Shown piece after piece: positions 37,172 to 44,549 of a stretch of 44,549 bases of DNA. The DNA is taken from assembly GCA_964367075.1 (NCBI GenBank), contig CAYIWH010000003.1:1-44549 (forward strand), written 5' to 3'. The DNA comes from an uncultured Candidatus Saccharibacteria bacterium (GTDB lineage: Bacteria > Patescibacteriota > Minisyncoccia > UBA11713 > 2-01-FULL-45-33). Below the pieces are notes generated by a model. It was not told the origin of the DNA, searched no databases, and saw only the letters and a list, made by a program, of their open reading frames with translations. The translations under genes and the position numbers were made by a program. How positions within the stretch are numbered: position 1 is the stretch's first letter; every line of letters starts with the position of its first letter.

Positions 37172-39433
37172 ATGAATTATTACAAGATAGTTTCTTTATG
37201 GGTCATCAAAATAGGACTTTTTATTGTACCATTTATTCCGCTTTATGTTTCTAGGTCTTTGTTTTTTCCATATATTACAGGAAAGGCTTTTGTTTTTAGG
37301 ACAATTGTAGAAATTGTGTTTTTTACTTGGGTTTTTCTCGTTATTTTTTATAAAGAATATCGCCCAAGGCGCACGATTATTTTGTATGCGGTTTCTGCTT
37401 GGATAATCGTAATTATAATGGCAACAATTTTTGCGGTAAATCCAATGCGCGCCCTGTGGTCTAATTTTGAACGGATGGAAGGACTAATGACATACTTGCA
37501 TTTGACTGCTTACTTTTTAGTTCTCGCGCATGTATTTCGCAAAAAAGACTGGATTATTTTATTTAATATTTTTGTAGCTTCCGGATTAATAGAAAATTTT
37601 TACGCTCTTTTGCAAAAACTTGGCTATCTTGCTTCTCCGCAAGGTGGGGCAAATCGCGCAGATGGGACAATAGGCAATCCAACTTATCTTGCGGCATATT
37701 TAACATTTATACTGGCATTTTCATTATTTTTACTTTTGGAGAATAAAAACAAAATAATGAAATGGGCATATTGCGCAATGTCATTTTTTACTCTCATTAT
37801 AATTTATTTTACCGCAACCCGTGGAGCTATATTGGCGCTTTTAGGCGGATTCACAATTGCTTCACTAGGATACATTTTTTTTGTTCCAAATAAATTGTCA
37901 AATATAGGCTTGTATAAAAAAATTATTGCCACAACACTATTAGCTGTTGTAATTATTATTTCGTTTTTATGGGGTTTTCGTAATACAAAATTTGTTTCGA
38001 GCAATCCTATTCTTTCGCGCCTCACATCTCTTTCGCTTAAAGAGCGCACGATTACTTCTCGATTTACTATTTGGAGTATGAGCTGGGAAGGAGTAAAAGA
38101 ACATCCGATTCTCGGATGGGGTCCAGAAAATTATAATATTGTTTTCGCAAAATACTTCAAACCGGAACTGTGGCGACAGGAGCCATGGTTTGATCGCTCG
38201 CACAATATTGTTTTTGATTGGCTGATAAATGGAGGTATTTTAGGATTTCTTGCGTATTTTGGGATGCTTTGCGCCGCATTGTATTCGCTTCGGCATTGTT
38301 ATAAAAAAAACATTTTGACATTCGAAATTAGTCTGCTGTTGGCCACAATGTTTTTTATGTATCTTTTTCAGAATTTATTTGTTTTTGATAATATTGCTAC
38401 ATATATTGGCATTTTTACTTTACTGGCTTTTATTGATAGCCTTGTTAAAGATGATTTAGACGCTACTGCACATGATTTGCCTTCAATCATATATCAACCA
38501 TTTGTTTTGATGGTAACGATTATTTTATTGAGCGCCTCCGTTTATTTTGTAAATATTCAGCCTCTTCGCGCAAACCTGACTCTATTAAATGCTCTCAAAA
38601 CACAAGGAAGCGATCCACAGCAAGCTTACACTTATTATGACAAGATTCTTACGGGTAGTTATTTAGGAAAAAATGAGGCTAGAGAGCAATTTGTTCAATA
38701 TGCCATGTCGGTAGGCGGGTCGAATCTCGATGCTGTTTTTAAGGACAATGTATTGAGGCGAGCACAGCAAGAAGCAGAAGTAAATGTTACTGAAAATGCC
38801 CTGGATCCGCGTTCTCATTTGTTTTTGGGTGCTCTTTATTCTCGCCTTACTGCGCCTGATGCTACGACACAAGCACAACTTATTAATAAGGCGCTCGAAG
38901 CTTTTAATAACGCGCTTAAGCTTTCTCCAAAAAAACAACAGATTTATTTTGAGCTTGCTGATGTGTATCTCAAAAAAGGTGACTATCAGAACGCGATTCT
39001 AGTATCAAAAGAAGCTTATGATTTGGATCCCAGTTTTAATAACGCCCAAATGAATTTGGTTGCGGCCTATATTCTTAACAACCAACAAAATGAAGCGGAC
39101 GCTATTTTGCTCAAACATCGTGGCACTGTAGATATCAATGATAATTTATTAGTACAAGTATATTCACGATTGGTGGATTCATATCGTCAGAAAAATGATG
39201 TCGTGCGCGCAGAATATTATGGAGATAGGCTTATTAGAGTGTGGCAAGCGTTTATTGCTAAAGATCCAAACAATATAGAACATCGCAAGCGTCTAGTTAT
39301 AGTTTATCTGGTTTTGGGCAAGCAAGCAGAGGCACAGCGAGTATTAAACGAAGCCGTAACAGAGCATCCGGAATTTAAGCCAGATTTGGAGGTATTCGTG
39401 AAAGAAATTCAATCCGGCTCACTCAAACAGTAA
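37172..39433 (+). CDS. O-antigen ligase/O-oligosaccharyltransferase family (Wzy_C) membrane protein with C-terminal TPRs
   Basis: RADGTIGNP, TATRGA, SRFTIW, HPILGWGPENY, FDRSHN; TPR-like helices; start placed after TTGCAT-N17-TAGGAT (37136-37164). Confidence 0.88.
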   Translation: MNYYKIVSLWVIKIGLFIVPFIPLYVSRSLFFPYITGKAFVFRTIVEIVFFTWVFLVIFYKEYRPRRTIILYAVSAWIIVIIMATIFAVNPMRALWSNFERMEGLMTYLHLTAYFLVLAHVFRKKDWIILFNIFVASGLIENFYALLQKLGYLASPQGGANRADGTIGNPTYLAAYLTFILAFSLFLLLENKNKIMKWAYCAMSFFTLIIIYFTATRGAILALLGGFTIASLGYIFFVPNKLSNIGLYKKIIATTLLAVVIIISFLWGFRNTKFVSSNPILSRLTSLSLKERTITSRFTIWSMSWEGVKEHPILGWGPENYNIVFAKYFKPELWRQEPWFDRSHNIVFDWLINGGILGFLAYFGMLCAALYSLRHCYKKNILTFEISLLLATMFFMYLFQNLFVFDNIATYIGIFTLLAFIDSLVKDDLDATAHDLPSIIYQPFVLMVTIILLSASVYFVNIQPLRANLTLLNALKTQGSDPQQAYTYYDKILTGSYLGKNEAREQFVQYAMSVGGSNLDAVFKDNVLRRAQQEAEVNVTENALDPRSHLFLGALYSRLTAPDATTQAQLINKALEAFNNALKLSPKKQQIYFELADVYLKKGDYQNAILVSKEAYDLDPSFNNAQMNLVAAYILNNQQNEADAILLKHRGTVDINDNLLVQVYSRLVDSYRQKNDVVRAEYYGDRLIRVWQAFIAKDPNNIEHRKRLVIVYLVLGKQAEAQRVLNEAVTEHPEFKPDLEVFVKEIQSGSLKQ

Positions 39434-39469
39434 AAGAGTCAGCTTATTTTAAAAAACACAGCAAATTTT

Positions 39470-39577
39470 ATTTAAAAAAACATCAAATTTAAAGACTTGC
39501 GGAGCGCGACGGCGCGAGCAGGAACAATTTTTCAGTAAGAAAAATATGTGTGCTTTAAATTTGATGTTTTTTTAAAT
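39470..39577. repeat. 108-bp element with perfect 25-bp terminal inverted repeats and two internal hairpins (MITE/REP-like or structured RNA)
   Basis: ATTTAAAAAAACATCAAATTTAAAG (39470-39494) pairs with 39553-39577. Confidence 0.85.
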
Positions 39578-39581
39578 TATT

Positions 39582-40994
39582 TTAACGGCCACTTCTACTA
39601 ATTAGTATAGACGCCGTCTTTATCATAATTGCAATATCAGTCAGAATTGAGCGGTTTTTAATATAGTAGAGGTCATATTGCAATTTTTCCGGCGCGTCAT
39701 CCACCGAGGCGTCGTTTTGCATATTGATTTGTGCCCAACCGGTAATTCCCGGTCTTACAAGATGTCTTATTTCGTAGAATTTTATATTTTCTTTTAATTT
39801 GTTTACATATTCCGGGCGTTCGGGGCGTGGCCCCACGAGAGACATTTCTCCTCGTAGAATATTGAGGATTTGAGGGAGCTCATCAAGATATGTCTTTCGA
39901 AGCAGTTGTCCAAAAAAATATCTCCTGGCATCTTTTTCAATTTCTTTTTTCTCACCGACAGTTCTTGATATTTTTTCCGCGCCAAGTCGCTGGCTTCTAA
40001 ATTTAATAAAATTGAAAACCTTGCCATTTTTCCCGACTCGTTCTTGTCGGAAAAAAATAATACCATCTCCTTTGCGTGCTCTACGTTCTTTGTAATTTCG
40101 TATGTCGTCTGGTGTAGAAATAAAAATTGCGCATGCGATAAGTGGGAAAAGCAATAACAAAGGAATGCCCAATATGATAGACGCAAGAATGTCCAATAGA
40201 CGTTTTGCCACTTCAAATGTCCGTTTGTTTAATTCAAATAGATTTTCCAAGAACCACGACTCATTAATGACCGATACAGGTACTTTGCCCATTACCATCT
40301 CATAGAATTCAGAAAAATCTATAATTGTAATACCGAGAGGGATTGCTTCATAAAATATTTTAAGCAATTCTTGATTTTGAGATATATCCTGCACAATGAT
40401 GATAAGGTCGATTTTTTGTTCTAGAATCAATTTTTTCAGGTCCATGTATGCGCTATTTGTGTGGTCTATGACTGCGTCTACATGATAACCGAGTGACGGC
40501 GAGTTATTTAAGCGATCTTTAAATTTTGAGCCTTCTGCTGTATTACCAAAAAAAAGCACCTTAATTTTTGATCCGCGCGATATGGTCTTTAGAAATACAA
40601 TGCGCCATATAGACAATAAAATAGCCGCTATAATAGCGTTTATAATTAGATTTGTCTTCGGGGTTATTTTAAATATAGGCAAGAAATAAAATAGCAGTAC
40701 TGCTACAGAAGCACCTATAGTCATTGTTTGAAAGATAAGCTTTATGAGATTTATCCGTCGTGGTGCAAAGCGCTCCCAATCGTACATCCCAGCGCCGTAA
40801 AATATAATGATCCAGACCGTGTAGATTAGCAAAAAAGGCGTTTTATGAAGATTCCAAGCGTCCAATACTGTTCTTTTGTCATCTGCGAACAAAGCAAGAT
40901 TGTATCGTAAAAAAAGCATCAGCCCGAGGCTGATATACAGTATAAAAACATCACCAACAAGCAATATTAACCTTTTTGATCGTGTTTTTAGCAT
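39582..40994 (-). CDS. Initiating polyprenyl-phosphate phosphoglycosyl transferase (WcaJ/WbaP-type)
   Basis: KRLLDI, FFRQERVGKNGK.F..IKFRS, LDELPQILNILRGEMSLVGPRPERP, RPGITGWAQIN, KLQYDLYYIKN. Confidence 0.93.
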   Translation of the reverse strand: MLKTRSKRLILLVGDVFILYISLGLMLFLRYNLALFADDKRTVLDAWNLHKTPFLLIYTVWIIIFYGAGMYDWERFAPRRINLIKLIFQTMTIGASVAVLLFYFLPIFKITPKTNLIINAIIAAILLSIWRIVFLKTISRGSKIKVLFFGNTAEGSKFKDRLNNSPSLGYHVDAVIDHTNSAYMDLKKLILEQKIDLIIIVQDISQNQELLKIFYEAIPLGITIIDFSEFYEMVMGKVPVSVINESWFLENLFELNKRTFEVAKRLLDILASIILGIPLLLLFPLIACAIFISTPDDIRNYKERRARKGDGIIFFRQERVGKNGKVFNFIKFRSQRLGAEKISRTVGEKKEIEKDARRYFFGQLLRKTYLDELPQILNILRGEMSLVGPRPERPEYVNKLKENIKFYEIRHLVRPGITGWAQINMQNDASVDDAPEKLQYDLYYIKNRSILTDIAIMIKTASILISRSGR

Positions 40995-41022
40995 TAAAGA
41001 ATTTTAACAAATTTTACAATAG

Positions 41023-41031
41023 TTATCCACA
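41023..41031 (+). promoter_or_regulatory. Single consensus DnaA box (TTATCCACA) in a divergent promoter region
   Basis: Exact 9-mer match, 10 bp upstream of a TTGTAC-N18-TATACT promoter-like element (41041-41070). Confidence 0.45.
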
Positions 41032-41150
41032 TATCGTAATTTGTACTTAATGTTTATTACACTTTATACTAAGTATGAGGTTCGTCGACCTCTTGTAAAG
41101 GTTTATATGTTTTATTATTAGATTTATTAACAATAATTTTTGTATCTCAT

Positions 41151-42377
41151 ATGAGTAAACTACGAGAGAGTAAGTTTGTTTCAATGGTGGCAACTGGTGT
41201 TGTTGCCGCTTTAGGCGTTGCGGTGATTACTTTCGCTGCAACTACAATTAGTTCGAACGTTAATACTGGTGGCACATTGACCGTAAGTGGGGCATCAACA
41301 CTTAATGGCGCTGTGACGCTAGGTGACGCAATAGGAGACAATATTGTTATTACTGGTAACGCGACAACCTCAAATTCACTCTATGTAACGAGTGCGCTCA
41401 CTGTTGGTGGATATTCAACGACAACCTCGACTGGAGCATTGATTCTTGGGAGCGGGCTTGGTTTGGGTGCTTCAAATTCTGTAGCAAAAACTATTTTATT
41501 TTCTCCTCTTACCTCTGATCCAACAGCTGCTGCTGGGCTTGTATATTACGATTCAGGTAGTTCTGTATTGCGGATGTCTGATGGTACTAATTGGTTTACT
41601 GTTGGAACAAGCACGAGCGGCTTGACACTAAGTGGAAATCGTTTGCAACTTGCTAGTTTGAATTATTACTTGACCGCTGGTACTACAACACAGCAAGGCC
41701 TCTCAATGTTAACACTTGAATCTACTTCCACTGTTGGTATACCACTAACAATTGTCGGATACAACGGTCAAACGGCAAACTTGTTGCAGCTAAGAAATGT
41801 TGCCAGCGCAAACGTTCTTACCGTAAATGCAGCAGGCGGCATATTTAGTTCAAGCACACTAACTGTTGCTGGCCTTTCCACTCTAGTAGGATTTCAATCG
41901 TCAGCGTCTTCGTCTGTGGCCGGCACACTAACCGTTTCTTCTGCTTTTAACTCATCTTCAACTATCAATGTTGATGGTGCAACAACCCTCAATGGTAATG
42001 TAACTCTTGGTAATGCGGCGGCTGATGTTATTACTCTCACCGGTAACGCCTCCACTACAAATGCTTTGACGGTTGGCGGTAATTTGTATGCTAATGGTTT
42101 TGCTACTACAACTGGTTCATCTGGGCAATTTGCAACACAAGGATTTATTGGAGCAGGAGGAACCTCAACGCCTGCGGCGGAACTTTCTGCTAGTGGCACT
42201 GCCACAACAACCGTATATGCACATTCAAGCACAAGTTTAAAAGGCGCATGTTTGGAAGTTAAAGGAACTGACAATGTGGTATATCGTATGTATGTTACGG
42301 GGTCAGACACATCAACGACTACAACGAATGGTCGCACAGCGATTGTTGCTTTGTGGGAAGCAGGGGCTTGCAAATAA
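41151..42377 (+). CDS. Secreted Ser/Thr/Gly-rich beta-strand surface/fibre protein
   Basis: Signal/TM segment followed by AATTISSN; ~45-aa internal repeat (GASTLNGAVTLGDA... / GATTLNGNVTLGNA...); C-terminal Cys pair. Confidence 0.8.
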   Translation: MSKLRESKFVSMVATGVVAALGVAVITFAATTISSNVNTGGTLTVSGASTLNGAVTLGDAIGDNIVITGNATTSNSLYVTSALTVGGYSTTTSTGALILGSGLGLGASNSVAKTILFSPLTSDPTAAAGLVYYDSGSSVLRMSDGTNWFTVGTSTSGLTLSGNRLQLASLNYYLTAGTTTQQGLSMLTLESTSTVGIPLTIVGYNGQTANLLQLRNVASANVLTVNAAGGIFSSSTLTVAGLSTLVGFQSSASSSVAGTLTVSSAFNSSSTINVDGATTLNGNVTLGNAAADVITLTGNASTTNALTVGGNLYANGFATTTGSSGQFATQGFIGAGGTSTPAAELSASGTATTTVYAHSSTSLKGACLEVKGTDNVVYRMYVTGSDTSTTTTNGRTAIVALWEAGACK

Positions 42378-42410
42378 GTAGTCAGGCTTTATTAACTTAA
42401 AATTTTTACA

Positions 42411-43346
42411 ATGCCTACTACTATAAAAAAATATATTTTTATTGTTTTGTCTCTTGGATTAAGCCCACTTGTTGTGTTTTCTGCTTACAATGATGTTGAG
42501 CTTACTACGAGTACCATCCTTACGGTAAACAGCGTTAACCTTACCGTTTCGGGAGGAAGCGCGCTTATTCAATCAATTACTGTAAATGGAAGCGATTTTT
42601 CAGTTACTATGCCCGCAAATTCACATATTGAGGTTGCTTCTGCAGATAGAAGAATTATGTCAAGCCCAGAAACAGCGTCAATCCAAGTAACAAGCACATG
42701 TTCTGATTCATCCAATGTATACGGACTTACAAATCCATCTTCAGGTGCTGAAGCAACTGTTACGGTGACTGTTTCTGATAGCACTTGCAATATTGGTGGT
42801 GGGAGCGGTGGTGGAGGTGGAGGTGGTGGAGGCGGCGGTGGAGGTGGTTCGGCGACTCCTGCAACACCAGCAACACCAACAGTTGCTCCGGCAACTCCAG
42901 CTATTCCAGCGGCGCCTGCTCTTGTACATGCATCGCCAACTGCGCAAGCAGTGTCTCCTGCATTCAATCGAGCACTGAAACCAGGAATCTCGCATAGTGA
43001 TGTAAAGCGCGTTCAACAATTATTAAATTCTGATCCAGATACTCGCGTATCATTGACTGGCGCTGGTTCTTCAGGAAAAGAAACTACATATTTTGGCCCA
43101 GCGACAACAAAAGCAATACAAAAATTCCAAGTGAAATATGGTATTGCAAAACCAGGAGATGATGGATATGGCAATTTTGGGCCAAAAACAAGAGCGAAGT
43201 TTAATGAAGTTTTTGGAGGAACAGGTTCTTCTGGCGCAAGCACTCCAACGACACCGCAGTCAAACGCACAAATTATCCAACAGCTTATTTTGCAAATCCA
43301 AGCATTGCAAGCAAAGCTCAACGCGCTAAAAGCGGCTCAACAATAA
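42411..43346 (+). CDS. Secreted peptidoglycan-binding domain protein with poly-Gly and Pro/Ala/Thr linker and C-terminal coiled coil
   Basis: Signal peptide; PG_binding_1-like FNRALKPG..DVKRVQQLLN...YFGPATTKAIQKFQ...GNFGPKTRAKFN; QIQALQAKLNAL tail. Confidence 0.85.
   Translation: MPTTIKKYIFIVLSLGLSPLVVFSAYNDVELTTSTILTVNSVNLTVSGGSALIQSITVNGSDFSVTMPANSHIEVASADRRIMSSPETASIQVTSTCSDSSNVYGLTNPSSGAEATVTVTVSDSTCNIGGGSGGGGGGGGGGGGGGSATPATPATPTVAPATPAIPAAPALVHASPTAQAVSPAFNRALKPGISHSDVKRVQQLLNSDPDTRVSLTGAGSSGKETTYFGPATTKAIQKFQVKYGIAKPGDDGYGNFGPKTRAKFNEVFGGTGSSGASTPTTPQSNAQIIQQLILQIQALQAKLNALKAAQQ
42795..42848 (+). repeat. GGN codon run encoding a poly-glycine linker
   Basis: ggtggtgggagcggtggtggaggtggaggt... 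Confidence 0.9.
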
Positions 43347-43362
43347 AAGTCCTGTAACACAA

Positions 43363-43397
43363 AAAAATACTCTTCGAGTTTGTCGAAGAGTATTTTT
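43363..43397. terminator. Bidirectional intrinsic terminator
   Basis: AAAAATACTCTTCGA-gtttg-TCGAAGAGTATTTTT between convergent genes. Confidence 0.85.
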
Positions 43398-43420
43398 GAT
43401 AATTTTTATATTATCTATGT

Positions 43421-44437
43421 TTACTGTTTTAATACCGATTGCGCTTGCTTCAGTTTTTTTAATCCTCTGCCAGATGCAATAATTTCCTTTGCCATAAAAA
43501 CTCCATCACGCAATGTTTTTGTAAGTCCGCTGACATAAATGCCGGCTCCCGCATTTAGAGCTATGACATCTGCGCATGGCCCATACACACCAGATAGTGC
43601 GTCTTTGATTATTTCTGCGTTATATCGAGTGCTTCCTCCGCGAATTTCTTTTATCGTTGTTGTATGCAGTTCGAACATTTCGGGTTCAATTCTATAATGT
43701 GTTACGCTGTTTATTTTTATTTCTGCAACCAATGTTATTCCACAATTGGTTATTTCATCAATTCCGTCTCCATAAACGACAAGCGCGTGTTTCGTATTGT
43801 ACATTTTACACAACGCATCAGCTACATTTTTAACCAAGTTTCTGCTGTATACTCCAATAACTTGTCTTGTGATACGAGCTGGATTAGAAATTGCCGCCGC
43901 AATATTTAATATTGTAGGAATACCCAATTTTACGCGTATTAGACGAAATGTTGAAAGCGCCGGATGAAAGCTAGGCGCATCCAGAAAGGCAATGTTGCTA
44001 TTTTTTAGTGCCACATCACAGCTAGCAGGATTTTTGCACAATTGCATGTTGAGCGCTTTTAGTACATCACTACTACCCGCGCGTTCTCGATTTGATCGCC
44101 CACCATTTTTAATTACAGGAACGCCGGCTTCCGCTATTACAAACGCCGACGCAGTAGATATATTAAATGTATCAAACTGATCTCCGCCTGTTCCACAAAT
44201 ATCAATTGCATTTGCTGGCGCATTCTGAATTTCAACCATGTTTTTTTGCAACCATTTTACAGTAGATACAATATTCTTGCTGTCTATGTCTTTTGCCCAA
44301 ATAAGAATTGCAGTAAATAATACATCATGTGATTGTTCATAAGCTTCATCCAAAAGTTTATAAAGCTCTTCTTGAGTCAATGTTCGATTATACACAAGTT
44401 TTTGTAAAAGTTCTCGTATTTCGCTTTTGGTTAGCAT
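43421..44437 (-). CDS. trpD: Anthranilate phosphoribosyltransferase-like protein (divergent)
   Basis: DICGTGGD..TFNISTASAFV, FLDAPSFHPAL, NPA, DGIDE, LNAGAGIY; start ATG 44437. Confidence 0.8.
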   Translation of the reverse strand: MLTKSEIRELLQKLVYNRTLTQEELYKLLDEAYEQSHDVLFTAILIWAKDIDSKNIVSTVKWLQKNMVEIQNAPANAIDICGTGGDQFDTFNISTASAFVIAEAGVPVIKNGGRSNRERAGSSDVLKALNMQLCKNPASCDVALKNSNIAFLDAPSFHPALSTFRLIRVKLGIPTILNIAAAISNPARITRQVIGVYSRNLVKNVADALCKMYNTKHALVVYGDGIDEITNCGITLVAEIKINSVTHYRIEPEMFELHTTTIKEIRGGSTRYNAEIIKDALSGVYGPCADVIALNAGAGIYVSGLTKTLRDGVFMAKEIIASGRGLKKLKQAQSVLKQ

Positions 44438-44463
44438 TGTCTTTTCAGCTCTGCTCTGTTTGT

Positions 44464-44492
44464 GTTGTAGCAAAATAACAACGAAAAATCAA
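44464..44492 (-). promoter_or_regulatory. Putative promoter for trpD (TTGATT-N17-TACAAC, extended TG)
   Basis: Read on the minus strand. Confidence 0.45.
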
Positions 44493-44549
44493 TGTGGTGT
44501 ACTAGACGGGTACATCGGTAACACTTTGGCAGTTTTCTGATAGAACTCC

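Noticed and set aside
1600-41000. Homopolymer A/T tracts as phase-variation sites
   Set aside because: Runs of 7-9 nt are expected in AT-rich DNA and all host genes appear in frame
42569-43019. Poly-Pro, Trp/Arg-rich and Gln-rich ORFs overlapping the PG-binding gene
   Set aside because: Alternative-frame readings of the GGN and PAT linker
1-44549. CRISPR array, tRNA/rRNA genes, integron attC array, intact transposase or integrase
   Set aside because: None recognised by eye; intergenic gaps are mostly too short and share no repeated motif

Overview
Dense surface-glycosylation locus from an AT-rich bacterium. The gene content (Gly-linker peptidoglycan-binding protein, Ser/Thr-rich 'AATTISSN' secreted protein, TPR-fused O-antigen-ligase family protein, apparently leaderless genes) suggests Patescibacteria/Parcubacteria (CPR); this is inference, not a database result. 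About 40 kb encodes five polyprenol-phosphate sugar synthases (GT2), a half-size GtrA-like flippase, seven GT-C-fold membrane glycosyltransferases (four ArnT/PMT-like, three YfhO-like), seven SAM methyltransferases, three GT4s, a GT9 plus a heptose kinase, amino-/deoxy-sugar enzymes, Wzx, a WaaL/PglL-like ligase and an initiating phosphoglycosyl transferase. These are followed by two likely surface-protein substrates and a divergent stand-alone trpD. The most striking structure is a 505-bp direct repeat, identical by eye and compositionally foreign (C-rich), at 13725-14229 and 17596-18100. It supplies the same C-terminal domain to two otherwise divergent YfhO-like paralogs and brackets a 3871-bp unit that could excise or amplify. 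Also found: an unannotated 37-aa single-TM ORF, a 108-bp element with perfect 25-bp terminal inverted repeats, a promoter-driven candidate sRNA next to a probable transposase relic, and a ColD-like dehydratase lacking Fe-S cysteines. All calls come from motif recognition by eye.
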